64,000 nt of DNA from Octopus vulgaris. Lineage: Eukaryota. This document shows positions 1 to 13,507 of this stretch, piece by piece. Location: assembly GCA_951406725.2 (NCBI GenBank), contig OX597817.1, positions 162,378,001-162,442,000 of the forward strand, written 5' to 3'. Made by a program: the position numbers and the translations under genes. Position 1 is the stretch's first letter. The number at the start of each line of letters is the position of its first letter. Below the pieces are notes generated by a model, which had not been told where the DNA came from, searched no databases, and saw nothing but the letters and a program-made list of their open reading frames with translations.

Positions 1-485
1 CACGGCATGATAGCCACAACTTCTACACGGCTAGTAACCGACTCTGCCACCTGACCCACAACATCTTGTTATAGAACTTACTATTGTGTACCTTATGAAA
101 TGGTAAACTAACTCTATCTTAACTCAATATGCTGAGAACTTATGCTCTGTATTCTGTATTTTCTGTTATACGCACACACCCTTGTCTGTACCTTTTGTCA
201 CACACACGAACACACAGACACAAACACTTGTCGCATGCACACATACACAACACTTCACTAGTACTTACACACACACTCTCTCTCTTTGTACACATTGTGA
301 ATAAAGTCTTCTTCTCTCTCAAACAGTAGAACGGTTTGTTGTCCTCATTCATTCCTTTGGCACTGTATTTTATATGTTATATTATGAATATGGCTTCTCA
401 TATTTTGTTAGGGAGCAACCGTGTGGCATTCAAAAGGAGACATTTCTGTCACCAACTCCTTTACGTACGGTCGTAAAACCCTACA
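1..485 (+). mobile_element. Probable 3' part of an LTR (truncated by the window edge)
   Basis: AATAAA near 300; ends ...aaaaccctaCA and abuts the middle of a family-C SINE (ggtatttcgtctg) whose head is missing, as expected for a nested insertion. Confidence 0.4.
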
Positions 486-699
486 GGTATTTCGTCTGTC
501 TTTACGTTCTGAGTTCAAATTCCGCCAAGGACGTCTTTGCCTTTTATCCTTTCGGTGTCGATGAATTAAGTACCAGTTGCGTACTGGAGTTGATCTAATT
601 GACTGACCCTCCTCCCTCAAAATTTCGGACGTTGTGTCTAGAGTAGAAAAAATGTAGAAAAGAATACTTGCAGCTATGTTTTCTTTGCGTTACAGTACA

Positions 700-1600
700 A
701 TCCTACCTTCCCCGATTCTTGCTCTAATCTGCTCGGCACCTCCTTTGCTTGATCTGTCCTCTCTGTTAGTAATGCCAGGTCATCAGCAGTGTCCTAGTCA
801 GTTACTGTTACTGCTTGATACCATCTACTTCTTTGCCTATGCAGTTTGAATTCCAGTTCTTCTTCCTTGCCATCGTACGTTTTACGCATTACATAGTCTA
901 GAACGATGGCGAAGAGATAAGGTGCTAGCGTGTCATCTTGTAATACACCGTCTTTGACTTCAAAGTATTCTGTCTCTCCACTAGGAGTGATCACTTTCGC
1001 TCTAGTGTTCTCATACAGTTTTTTGCTCTCAGAATTCTTGGTAGAATTTCATATGCTTTAAGTATCTTCATCATCATCCCTCTATGTACTGAATCAAACC
1101 CTTTTAAAGTCTACAAAGATAATGATAGCCTTCCTGCTATGGCTCTTAACTCCCTCTATCAGTCTTCTAATTGGGTCAATGAGATGTTGACCGTCCTGAT
1201 CTGAATCCATTTTGATTTGGTCACAATTGTTTGTCTATTTTATGTTGTATTCGGTTAAGTATCATCTTGTTGACCATTTTTGCAACAATGGATTACAGAC
1301 TGATCCCTCTGTAATTCCCAGTATCACTTAGGTCTCCAGTTTTGAGCAGCGGTAGCAATTCTATCTCAGACTATTTTTCTGGCTTCACATTGTCATTTAG
1401 TTGTTTGTTTGCAAATTCAAGGATGATGTCGTCTAAATCACATCTTTTTAGTACTTCTGGTGGGATGTTGTCAGGACCAATTTGTTTTCCTTCTTTCAGG
1501 TTATTTGCGGCTCTTTCTATTTCTTGTTTTGTGAAGTCTCCATCCTCGATTTGCAAACCGTCAAGTATCTTTGCTAATTCATTTTCTGTTTCACTGTCAT
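700..1600 (-). mobile_element. Decayed RTE-type LINE reverse-transcriptase fragment
   Basis: GDFTKQEIERAANNLKEGKQIGPDNIPPEVLK, GVLQDDTLAPYLFAIVLDYVMR (QGD motif) and ADDLALL-like motif, with stops and frameshifts. Confidence 0.85.
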
Positions 1601-1629
1601 GTAATTAATGTCATTTTAGTGTTATCCCA

Positions 1630-1923
1630 GTGGAGGCGCAATGGCCCAGTGGTTAGGGCAGCGGACTCACGGTCGGAGAATCGCGGTTTCGATTCCCAGA
1701 CTGAGCGTTGTGTGTGTTTATTGAGCGAAAACACCTAAAGTTCCACAATGCTCCGGCAGGGGGGGAGGCGACCCCTGTTTTACTCTTTCGCCCCAACTTT
1801 CTCTCACTCTTTCTTCCTGTTTCTTGAGTAACGCTGCGTCCAGCTGGGGGGAACACATACGCCATAGAAACCGGGAAACCGGGACCATGATCCTGGATAG
1901 GCTTGAAAAGGGCACATAAAAAA
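1630..1923 (+). mobile_element. tRNA-derived SINE, family A
   Basis: Head TGGCCCAGTGGTTAGG (A box) and GGTTTCGATTCC (B box); TSD TAGTGTTATC(C/T)CA at 1617 and 1924. Related copies at 11665-12040(-), 28373-28670(+), 37723-37970(+), 46056-46376(-), 58585-58850(+). Confidence 0.85.
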
Positions 1924-1974
1924 TAGTGTTATCTCATATATGCTTAATATTAGTTATATTAAAGATTAATAAAA

Positions 1975-2425
1975 CGGCAACCCGACAGAATCGTTACCGT
2001 ACCGGATAAAATGTTTATCGACATTTCTTACGACTTCACGTTTCAAGTTCAAATTTCACCGACATCTATTTTTGCCTCTCATCCTTTCCGGATCGATAAA
2101 ATAAATACCAATTGAGTACTGGGATCGATGGAATCGACTGAGCCCCCTCCTCTGAACTTGCTGGCCTTGTGCCAAAAATTGAAATCAATATTAGAAATTC
2201 ATTAAAGTACGAGCTAGCAGAATTGTTAGTATGCCGGGCAAAATGCTTAGCGACATTTCGTCCGTCTTCACGTTCTGAGTTCATTTCCGCCGAGGTCAAC
2301 TTTGCCTTCCATCTTTTCGGGGTCGATAGAATAAGTACCAGTTGATCAAAGGGAGTCGAAGTAATCGACTTACCTCTACCTTGAAATCGTTGGCCTTGGG
2401 CCAAAATCTGAAGCCAATATTAAAA
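1975..2425 (+). mobile_element. Two adjacent diverged family-C SINE copies
   Basis: Both match gagctggcagaa..ttagca..aaatgcttagc..ttctgagttcaaattccgccgaggtcgactttgcctttcatcc, with the ggccttgtgccaaaa tail. Confidence 0.75.
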
Positions 2426-3456
2426 ATTCATTAATTTTCTCATGGCAGATGGTAAACTTCACAGATTCTTATATAGTTCCAATTTGTTCCGGCTACTTAC
2501 AAAAACTTCCTCATCCTTGCTCTACGTGGTCGATCGACCAGCGAGAGGTAACAGCTGAATCTTCCCCAGTTTACGCTCAACTATCTTTACGAAAGGGACG
2601 TTACAGGCATGACCCATAAGAGGGGTGGTCAGCCGGTACATCCGGATCGAGGACCGGAGATAAATAGGAGCCATGACTATCTGTCAGGCTCTACTAAAAA
2701 ACAAATAATTTTTTGTTTTTGGAACGAGAGATCTCGAAGCACATAAAGCTATAAATAATAGCATGTAAATATTGGTTTGAAAAACCTTTTTGGATCGAAA
2801 AAAGTCGAAGGCTGCCCGTAGGACTCGAACCCACATCTCCAGTAGAATTATTTCACGTTCTCTCGAAAGTTCGGAAAAATTCTTATGACGTCAGTAATTA
2901 CAAATAATAGTGACCCCTAATATTTTGAGAAGGATCCATCATACCCGAGGCCCGAAAGAAGTCATGTTCCGTTTGACCAAATTTCTCTCGAATGCCTTGA
3001 TTCCAGGTTTATCTTGGGGATAAGATGGGGACAAATTGGACGATCATGGCTGGAATGTCTTAGGTCATTGGTTTGCTCCTTCAGAGCTGACAGCAGCAGT
3101 AGCAACAACAACAACAATAACAATTACTACCGCCACCACCATCACCATCACCATCAATACCACTTGAACTACCAACATATTAGCATCATCTCAACGGTAG
3201 CACCAACAGCCTCTACCACCATGCCACCCCCTAAAAGTGAGAACCAAAAGACTGTAAGAATTACACCATGCAATTACAACGATTTCATCAGTATGTTATA
3301 TAAGTGTAATGGCCTGGCTGATGTACCTTTCTTACAACCTCCCTCTGCTGACGTGTGTTGGCATCACATATATATGTTTCTACACGGTTGCACAATAGTC
3401 TTATTGCACGTCTTTTACAACTGGACTTGCGATTGGGGAGATGGTGTTAGGGATGA

Positions 3457-3499
<43 letters not shown>

Positions 3500-3854
3500 G
3501 GTGGTGGTGGTGGTGGTGGTGTTAGTGGTTGTAGTCCTCGGCGTCGTTGTAATTGAAGTGGCTTTGTTCGTGATGGCGATGGCGAAGATGTAGAGTGGTG
3601 GTCGTGGTGGTGGTCGTGGCGTGGCTACTTCTTAAGGTTGGTGGTGGCACTGGGCTTAGGTTGTAGTGGAGGTGGTGGTGGTTATTATGAGAAGACATCG
3701 ACGACGACGATGACGATGACGACGACGACGACGACGACGACGACGGTGATGATGATGATGATGATGATGATGATGGCAGCAGTGGTTGTCGTGATGGTAT
3801 AATACTAATTAGAGTAATGGTAGTTGTGTGTGGTTATTATGGTAATTTGGGGGC

Positions 3855-6800
3855 AATTGTTGTTGTTGTTGTTGTTGCGCTGAGGTTGCTGTTGTGGTGG
3901 TTAATGTGGTTGCTGTTGTTACAGTGGTTGTTGCTGTGGTAGTGGTTGTCGTTGCTGTGGTTGTTGTTGTTGATGTTGTGGTGGTGGTTGTTGTAGTGGT
4001 TATTGTTGTGGTATTGGTAGCGGTGTTGGTAGTAATGGTGGTGGTTGTGGTGATAATTGTTGTTGTTGTGGTGGTGGTGGTGGTTGTGATGACAGTTGTT
4101 GTTGTTGTAGTAGTGGTGATAGTAATTGTTGTTGTGGTGGTGGTAGTGGTGACAGTTGTTGTTGTTGTAGTAGTAGTGGTTGTAGTGGTGGTGGTGGTGG
4201 TGATAGTTATTGTTGTTGTGGTGGTGGTAGTGGTACCGGTAGTGACAGTGGTGGTGGTGGTTGTTGTGGTGATAGTTGTTGTTGTTGTTGTTGTGGTGGT
4301 GGTGGTGGTGGTGATAGTTATTGTTGTCGTGGTGGTGGTAGTGGCATGGTAGTTGTGGTGATAGTTGTTGTTGTTGTTATTGTGGTGGTGGTGGTTGTTG
4401 TAGTAGTGGTGATAGTTGTTATTGTGGTGACAGTTGTTGTTGTTGTAGTAGTGGTGATAGTAATTGTTGTTGTGGTGGTGTTGTTGTGGTTATTGTTATG
4501 TTGTTGTGGTGGTGGTTGTGGTGACAGTTGTTGTTGTAGTAATGGTGATAGTAATTGTTGTTGTGGTGGTGGTTGTGGTGATAGTTATTGTTGTTATGGT
4601 GGTGGTGGTGGTTGTGGTGACAGTTGTTGTTGTAGTAGTGGTGATAGTAATTGTTGTTGTGGTGATGGTTGTGGTGATAGTTATTGTTGTTGTTGTGGTG
4701 GTGGTGGTAGTGGTGGCAGTTGTTGTTGTTGTAGTAGTGGTGATAGTAATTGTTGTTGTGGTGGTGGTTGTGGTGATAGTTATTGTTGTTGTGGTGGTGG
4801 TTGTGGTGATAGTTATTGTTGTTGTGGTGGTGGTTGTGGTGATAGTTGTTGTTGTTGTGGTGGTGGTTGTGGTGATAGTAATTGTTGTTGTGGTGGTGGT
4901 TGTGGTGATAGTTATTGTTGTTGTGGTGGTGGTTGTGGTGATAGTTATTGTTGTTGTGGTGGTGGTTGTGGTGATAGTTATTGTTGTTGTGGTGGTGGTT
5001 GTGGTGATAGTTATTGTTGTTGTGGTGGTGGTTGTGGTGATAGTTGTTGTTGTTGTGGTGGTGGTTGTGGTGACAGTTGTTGTTTTAGTAGTGGTGATAG
5101 TAATTGTTGTTGTGGTGGTGGTTGTGGTGATAGTTATTGTTGTTGTGGTGGTGGTTGTGGTGACAGTTGTTGTTTTAGTAGTGGTGATAGTAATTGTTGT
5201 TGTGGTGGTGGTTGTGGTGATAGTTATTGTTTTAGTAGTGGTGATAGTAATTGTTGTTGTGGTGGTGGTTGTGGTGATAGTTATTGTTGTTGTGGTGGTG
5301 GTTGTGGTGACAGTTGATGTTTTAGTAGTGGTGATAGTAATTGTTGTTGTGGTGGTGGTTGTGGTGATAGTTATTGTTGTTGTGGTGGTGGTTGTGGTGA
5401 TAGTTGTTGTTGTTGTGGTGGTGGTTGTGGTGATAGTTGTTGTTGTTGTGGTGGTGGTTGTGGTGATAGTTATTGTTGTTGTGGTGGTGGTTGTGGTGAC
5501 AGTTGTTGTTTTAGTAGTGGTGATAGTAATTGTTGTTGTGGTGGTGGTTGTGGTGATAGTTATTGTTGTTGTGGTGGTGGTTGTGGTGATAGTTGTTGTT
5601 GTTGTGGTGGTGGTTGTGGTGATAGTTGTTGTTGTTGTGGTGGTGGTTGTGGTGATAGTTGTTGTTGTTGTGGTGGTGGTTGTGGTGACAGTTGTTGTTT
5701 TAGTAGTGGTGATAGTAATTGTTGTTGTGGTGGTGGTTGTGGTGATAGTTATTGTTTTAGTAGTGGTGATAGTAATTGTTGTTGTGGTGGTGGTTGTGGT
5801 GATAGTTATTGTTGTTGTGGTGGTGGTTGTGGTGACAGTTGTTGTTTTAGTAGTGGTGATAGTAATTGTTGTTGTGGTGGTGGTTGGTGGTGATAGTTAT
5901 TGTTGTTGTGGTGGTGGTTGTGGTGACAGTTGTTGTTGTGGTGGTGGTTGTGGTGATAGTTGTTGTTGTTGTGGTGGTGGTGGTGGTGGTGATAGTTGTT
6001 GTTGTTGTGGTGGTGGTTGTGGTGATAGTTGTTGTTGTTGTGGTGATAGTTGTTGTTGTTGTTGTGGTGGTGGTTGTGGTGATAGTTGTTGTTGTTGTGG
6101 TGGTGGTTGTGGTGATAGGTGATAGTTGTTGTTGTTGTAGTGGTGGTGATAGTAATTGTTGTTGTGGTGGTGGTTGTGGTGATAGTTATTGTTGTTGTGG
6201 TGGTGGTTGTGGTGATAGTTGTTGTTGTTGTGGTGTAGTTGTGGTGATAGTAATTGTTGTTGTGGTGGTGGTTGTGGTGATAGTTATTGTTGTTGGTGGT
6301 GGTGGTGGTTGTGGTGACAGTTGTTGTTGTAGTAGTGGTGATAGTAATTGTTGTTGTGGTGGTGGTTGTGGTGATAGTTATTGTTGTTGTGGTGGTGGTT
6401 GTGGTGGTAGTTGTTGTTGTTGTTGTAGTAGTGGTGATAGTAATTGTTGTTGTGGTGGTGGTTGTGGTGATAGTTATTGTTGTTGTGGTGGTGGTTGTGG
6501 TGACAGTTGTTGTTTTAGTAGTGGTGATAGTAATTGTTGTTGTGGTGGTGGTTGTGGTGATAGTTATTGTTGTTGTGGTGGTGGTTGTGGTGATAGTTGT
6601 TGTTGTTGGTGGTTGTGGTGATAGTTGTTGTTGTTGTGGTGGTGGTGGTGGTTGTGGTGACAGTTGTTGTTGTTGTTGTGGTGGTGATAGTAATTGTTAT
6701 TGTGGTGGTGGTGGTGGTGGTTGTTGTGATGATAGTTGTTGTGGTTGCCGTGGTAGTAGTGGTGGTGGTGATGGTAGTTGTGGTAATGGCTGTCGTGGTT

Positions 6801-6980
6801 ATTATTATTGCAGTGGTGGTTGTTGTTGTTGTAGTGGTAGTAGCTCTTTTGGTGGTTGTTGTGGTCGATGTTGCTGCAGTGGTTGATATTACTGTGGTGG
6901 TGGTTGTTTTTGTTGTATTGGTAGTGGTTGTAGTTGTTGTTGTGATGGTTGTTGAGGTGGTGGTTATCTGTTGTGGTTAG
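3855..6980. repeat. About 3.1-kb trinucleotide-derived compound minisatellite (33-bp core GGTGATAGTTATTGTTGTTGTGGTGGTGGTTGT, 57-bp variant)
   Basis: Tandem units directly visible; homogeneous centre, degenerate edges. Confidence 0.95.
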
Positions 6981-7211
6981 GTGCTAGCATAACAGTTCTG
7001 GGAAAGATAGTAGTCACATTGTTATGGTTATTAATGTGAGACGTTGTCGTGTGGTGGCAGCACTGGTGTTTTTCATAGCGCTCGTCTAACACGTGCGCGC
7101 GTGCGCATAGGTATATGTATCTAAGCACATACATGTGTCTTTCCTAACTCGCTCTTCCTGTTCAAATTCTATCTCTCTTACCCTGGTCTCTCACATAATA
7201 CACACACACAA

Positions 7212-7212
<1 letters not shown>

Positions 7213-7279
<67 letters not shown>

Positions 7280-7481
7280 TATACACATATATATATACAC
7301 ATATATATACACATATATATATATACACATATATATACACATATATATATACACATATACATTCGTATGTATATATATATATAATGTGTATATATATATG
7401 TGTGTACATATCTATGTATGTTTATATATATATACACACACACAAACACATTGTATGCATGTATGTACATATGCATATATA

Positions 7482-7520
<39 letters not shown>

Positions 7521-7643
7521 ACATATATGTATATATATGCATATGTATATATATATATGTATACATATATGTATATATATGCATATGTATATATATATAT
7601 ATGTATATATATATATGTGTATATGTATTTATATACATATATA

Positions 7644-7692
<49 letters not shown>

Positions 7693-8000
7693 GTATGTAT
7701 GTATATATATATGTGTGTGTGTGTGTGTGCGTGTGAAAATATATGTGTGTGTAGAGAGAGGGAGACAGAGGAAGAGGAAGAAGAGGTGGATAATCACATA
7801 AGCAGAATGAGAAAGTAAGAACGGAAAGAAAGAAGGAAGTTTACAGAAAAATAAGCAAAAGTAAGAAATAGCAAAGGCTGAACACAGAACCAGAGCGTGA
7901 CACACACATACACACACACATTCACACGCACACGCATACACACACACACATACACACACACACATACACACACATACACACACACATTCACACGCACACG

Positions 8001-8037
<37 letters not shown>

Positions 8038-8093
8038 ACACATACACACACACATTCACACGCATACACACACACATTCACACGCACACGCAT

Positions 8094-8125
<32 letters not shown>

Positions 8126-8154
8126 ACACACATTCACACGCACACGCATACACA

Positions 8155-8209
<55 letters not shown>

Positions 8210-8292
8210 ACACACATTCACACGCACACGCATACACACACACACATACACACACACACATACACACACATACACACACACATTCACACGCA

Positions 8293-8361
<69 letters not shown>

Positions 8362-8378
8362 ACACACATTCACACGCA

Positions 8379-8415
<37 letters not shown>

Positions 8416-8604
8416 TCACACGCACACACATACACACACACACACATACACACACACACATTCACACGCACACGCATACACACACACACATTCACACGCA
8501 CACACATACACACACATACACACACACATATACGCACGCGCACGCAGACATACAGACATTCGCACTCCCCCACATACTGACACACATATCTACATCTATC
8601 TATC

Positions 8605-8657
<53 letters not shown>

Positions 8658-8662
8658 ATATG

Positions 8663-8698
<36 letters not shown>

Positions 8699-8867
8699 TG
8701 TATATTATACAGATAAACATAGGCATGTTCTACAATATTACATTTTTCTTACGTGAACATTTAGGTTAAGCTGACATTTCTCTTCATTACAACTCCGTTG
8801 CTTTATGTGTGACAATCTCTTACATTTCTTATACTTATCTCTCTCTCCTTCCCTCCCTCCCTCCCTC

Positions 8868-8912
<45 letters not shown>

Positions 8913-9165
8913 CACGCACACATACATATATACAGACACATTTATATATATATATGATTGTACATATATGTACAAACATATGCATATATGTATGTATCTG
9001 TGTGTATATATATATATATATGTATATATATACTCATACATATACAGGTAGGTATGCATGTATGAATGTATGTATATCTATATGCATGTGTGTGTGGGGG
9101 TATTTTATGTGTGTGTGACCCTCCCTCTCTCTCTCTCTCTACTCTCTCTCTTACTCTCTCTCTTA

Positions 9166-9200
<35 letters not shown>

Positions 9201-9430
9201 CACGCACACATACATATATACAGACACATTTATATATATATATGATTGTACATATATGCACAAACATATGCATATATGTATGTATCTGTGTGTATATATA
9301 TATGTATATATATACTCACACATATACAGGTATGTATGCATGTATGAATGTATGTATGTCTGTATGCATGTGTGTGTGTGGGGGGTATTTTTATGTGTGT
9401 GTGAGCATGCGTGTGTGTGTGTGTGTGCAA
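7213..9430. repeat. Compound (TA)n/(CA)n/(TC)n microsatellite field, with a CA-rich minisatellite (7900-8530) and a 288-bp duplication (8870-9405)
   Basis: Direct inspection. Confidence 0.9.
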
Positions 9431-9896
9431 GCAATGTAACCTCTAGAAAACCTCTAAATTAGTATATCCTTTACCAGAAATGGAATCCCAATGAAGGACA
9501 ATTGCGAAATATCAACGAATGGTATAGATACATACAGCAAATCCACCATAAACGAAGACACCCTAAACCCTACGAGAACAAGGATTGCAAAGAAGGACAA
9601 GTTAGAACCACGAATACACAATTTACAAAAGGTTCGCTATGAACAAGCACATTAAACTCATTCTTCCATCATCAGCTGCCTAATTGATTTCATTATGGTT
9701 TCGACACCTGAATAGTACTACTCAATCTGTCAGTGTCAACAGTGTTAAAAACAAACGCTACTTGGGAATAGACAAGAAGCAAGATCAAGCCCAAGATCTC
9801 TTACTTGTAAAGTGAACGTTTTAACTATTCGGCCATACTGCACTACACTCACACAAATATATCACTATGTATATGTATATATATATGTATATGTGT

Positions 9897-9934
<38 letters not shown>

Positions 9935-10646
9935 TAGAGAAAAACCACTATTATGTAATTCAAACAATGATAGACATAAACCAAATCATAAAGAAAAAAT
10001 AAAATATATTATAAAACATATAACTAGATCACAAAAAGTGCAAAAATGTGAATAAACAATATATAATAAGTAAAAAGACTACGTACGTTTCGTGGCTATA
10101 ACTTCAATTCGAATTACAATTAAATCTATTCACCTGTCTCCACATGTGTGCGATTTTTTATGCGAATCCACCCAGCTGTTTGGCTGTGAACCTCAAGACA
10201 AGAAAGAATACAACGATCGCCCATGTCCAATTTATATTATAGATATGACGGACTTCTTTCAGTTTCGTTTACGAAATCCAGTCACAAGACTTTGGTCGGT
10301 TTGAGGCTATAGTAGAATACATTTGTCCAACGTGCCACACAGTGTGACTGAACCCAGAAACAAGTGGTTTGAAAGAAAATTTCTTACCACACAGCCATAC
10401 TGGTGCCTCTTTCCTTCTTATCTTTTATTTTATTCTTTTTTTTATGACTAATTAGATTCTTTGTTCTTCAAAGTTCTTTCAAGAAATTTTCTCTAAATTT
10501 TTTTTTATTGTAGGTCATTTTAAAATATAGTCGTTTCTTTAATCGATTTCTTCTTTGTTTATATTATGTAGCTATCTTCATTTTTTGGTTATTTTTGAAT
10601 GAGAAGCTCGTCCATGAAACACGTGACTATATATTTTACCGGTTTA

Positions 10647-10851
10647 CAGTAGTCCCTCGCCATATCGCGCTTCACCTATCGCGCACTCAGTACATCGTGG
10701 ATTTTTTCTGGCTAATATATGTAAATTTATAACGCGTACTCCTCAGTATATCCGGGTTTCTGCGGCCGATAGGTATTTATATATTTTAGATTTTAATTAT
10801 TTCTGTGGGAGGTTTTGGAACGTAACACCCGCGATAGTCGAGGAATTACTG
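10647..10851. mobile_element. pogo/Tigger-like MITE
   Basis: TIR CAGTAGTCCCTCGCCATATCGCG ... CGCGATAGTCGAGGAATTACTG with TA on both sides. Longer relative at 52233-53035. Confidence 0.85.
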
Positions 10852-11664
10852 TATACATACTGTTTCAATTTTTAGGTGGTCTTTCGTGCCTATTATTTCT
10901 AAGGATGTAAATGTTATGACTGAACTATAAACCTGAAGGCAGGATTTGAAGATGCATTAGTTAAAGTTAACAGTTCTCTCAGCTCAAGAAGTTGTCTAAA
11001 ATAGATGGAAATACCATCCTCCCTGATATAATCACAATAAAAATTGAACTTCGTTTGAGTTCGTTTGAGCTGCTTGAAATTCTTTATACTACTTTTTAAG
11101 CATTTATCAGATGTCTTTTCAATTACATCAACAAATTTTTCATTTTCTGTCCTAAGTCTTTGCTTCTTGCAACAGCTTCACATACCATGTCCATTTTATA
11201 ATAAACTTTATTTTAATTATGGCTCCACATTTTAAACATTCAGCATTTACTTTCCCAAATGGAATAAGAACCTAATCACGCTGAATCTCCCCGAGAATAA
11301 CGTTAAGAGTGCTCGTGTCTGTGGAGTTCTCGGCCACTTGCACGTTAATTCCACGAGGAGGCTGTTCCGTTGATGAGATCAACTGGAACATGCGTCGTCG
11401 TAACCGACGGAGTGCCAACAGCCGTGCATCAATCAAATCAGATAAACCCAATAATGGAAACGCAATGTTTCTACGTTCGCTCGTTTCTGGGATGAAGTTC
11501 TTCAGTCGGATATTCAAAGCGTTTTCATTGCCCACCCCCACTGCCTCCCACAAGAAATTTTTTGTGGGTGCGCTTACACCCACTGTTCCCGAGCCAAGCA
11601 GTGTATAAAATCTTGTTTGCAAAATAAGCAATACGATTAACTGTAAGCGTCAAAATCTTAAAGT

Positions 11665-12040
11665 GGAAGCACTCCGTCGGTTACGACGACGAGGGTTCCG
11701 GTTGATCCGATCAACGGAACAGCCTGCTCGTGAAATTAACGTGTAAGTGGCTGAGCACTCCACAGACACGTGTACCCTTAACGTAGTTCTCGGGGATATT
11801 CAGCGTGACACAGAGAGTGACAAGGCCGGCCCTTTGAAATACAGGTACAACAGAAACAGGAAGTAAGAGTGAGAGAAAGTTGTGGTGAAAGAGTACAGCA
11901 GGGATCACCACCATCCCCTGCCGGAGCGTCGTGGAGCTTTTAGGTGTTTTCGCTCAATAAACACTCACAACGCCCGCTCTGGGAATCGAAACCACGATCC
12001 TATGACCGCGAGTCCGCTGCCCTAACCATTGCGCCTCCAC
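11665..12040 (-). mobile_element. tRNA-derived SINE, family A (long-tail form)
   Basis: Reverse tRNA-like head at 11975-12040; TSD CTTAAAGT at 11657 and 12041. A tail-only copy in the opposite orientation lies at 11276-11417. Confidence 0.88.
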
Positions 12041-12552
12041 CTTAAAGTAAACGGTAATTAAAAAAACAAACTATGACTGAATGTAGGTAGAGCGCATAGG
12101 AGCTATAATTAAATTGAAATGATAATCAATGTGAAGCCGTAAGAAGCAAAGATTAAAGAAAGCGAAAGATTATTGATGTAATTGAGAAGATAAGTCAGCG
12201 AACACGTAACCAGATAAGTACTGGCGTAATTGCTATTGTAATAAGGAGTGATATGAAACACCTTAATGAATTTGAGTTTGTAATAATTAATTGATTGTCT
12301 GTTAAGTTGTTATCTGCTAAAACTTAATGAAAGAAGTGTGAGGAAATGAATAAAGATAAATACATGTAGTATCGCTATCGTCATTGTTTTATCAGAATTG
12401 AGATTTTGGATTTTATTGTTTTGAATTTTAAAAATATTCAAAGAATAAATACAGAAGGGTGTTATTAAGAAGACTAAATACGTATGTGTTTGCTTATATG
12501 TATTCATCACTATTAGACAAATTCCTTCTTCATTGTATGTATGTATGTATAT

Positions 12553-12975
12553 CTTAAGGCTGTATCATGCGCGGGGACATAGAAATAATCGGACTGAATA
12601 CCCGATCGCGCGGTTAAACCATTAGGATTGAAGGACTCCTAGCCTTTGTTAAGGCATCCTTCTAGGAGAAAGTAACTTAGGTAACTGGGATATCTCTGAC
12701 ATAAAACCTGCGGCTCAGTGGTTACCGATGATGTTGACTTGTTCTTCTTTTCGGATTATGGCTGCTGTTGCTTAGTGAGTGGGATTGACTCAGTGCACAG
12801 CCTTTCCTCACTTTAAAAAAATCTTCTTGCACAGGCATTGCACGATAACAACATTGATTAAGCTTCGTGCAATAGCCATACTCGATAACGAGGGGGCAGC
12901 CATGTATGTATGTATGTATGTATGTATGTATGTATGTATGTATGTATGTATGTATGTATGTATGTATGTATGTGT
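12553..12975 (+). mobile_element. Short non-autonomous retroposon with (TGTA)n tail, RTE-5'UTR-like motif
   Basis: Flanked by (TGTA)n on both sides; internal AGGCATCCTTCTAGGAGAAAGTAAC...AAAACCTG resembles the 5' UTR motif of RTE LINEs (from recall). Confidence 0.5.
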
Positions 12976-13269
12976 GTATGTATGTATGTATGTGTGTATG
13001 ATATTTATTTGTTCCCGAGCGTTATGAATAAATGTCTGTCGGTCAATCATTATGTAATATATATTATATGATCGATGTGACCGTTTCGCTGCTTGGTTTG
13101 TCGACCATACGTTATCGAAACAATTGTAAACCGTAGAATAAGATTAAAACCAGCGAATCGATTCTTCATTTGTTAATCCATCCATCCATCCATCCATCCA
13201 TACATACATACATATATGTGTGCGGGCGCGCAAATGAGTCAGAAGTATATACTCTCAAATCTATACACG

Positions 13270-13468
13270 TATAGTCATATAAATCAAGGGTTTTCGATGT
13301 CGGAACTATAAAGGATACAAAGGGTTCTAATCTAACTCGAGATATTTTTTAGCATAAGAGGTAAGAAGAGATTAATGCTAAAAAAAAAAAATAAGCGTAA
13401 ATAGGTGTGTTACACTAATTAAAAGAATGAATCAATCAAATTCGTTCCGTTATTGTTTTATCTATTTG

Positions 13469-13507
<39 letters not shown>

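Noticed and set aside
1630-1705. tRNA gene
   Set aside because: A and B boxes are present but continue into a dispersed repeat body with TSDs, so this is a SINE head; the same holds for the other copies.
3014-3556. 180-aa ORF with poly-N/H/S/G runs
   Set aside because: Low-complexity runs plus an old repeat fragment; non-ATG start and no recognisable domain.
3894-6980. Long poly-Val and Cys/Gly-rich ORFs (up to 552 aa)
   Set aside because: Products of a triplet minisatellite; mostly non-ATG starts, frameshifts within the array, no splice or signal-peptide evidence.
7135-9462. YI/HT/CV-repeat ORFs (also at 20000-26600 and 37000-38200)
   Set aside because: Translations of (TA)n, (CA)n and (TCTA)n microsatellites.
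10075-10140. GAAACGTACGTA hammerhead-like half on the minus strand
   Set aside because: The CUGANGA half and stem II partner are missing; too incomplete to call.
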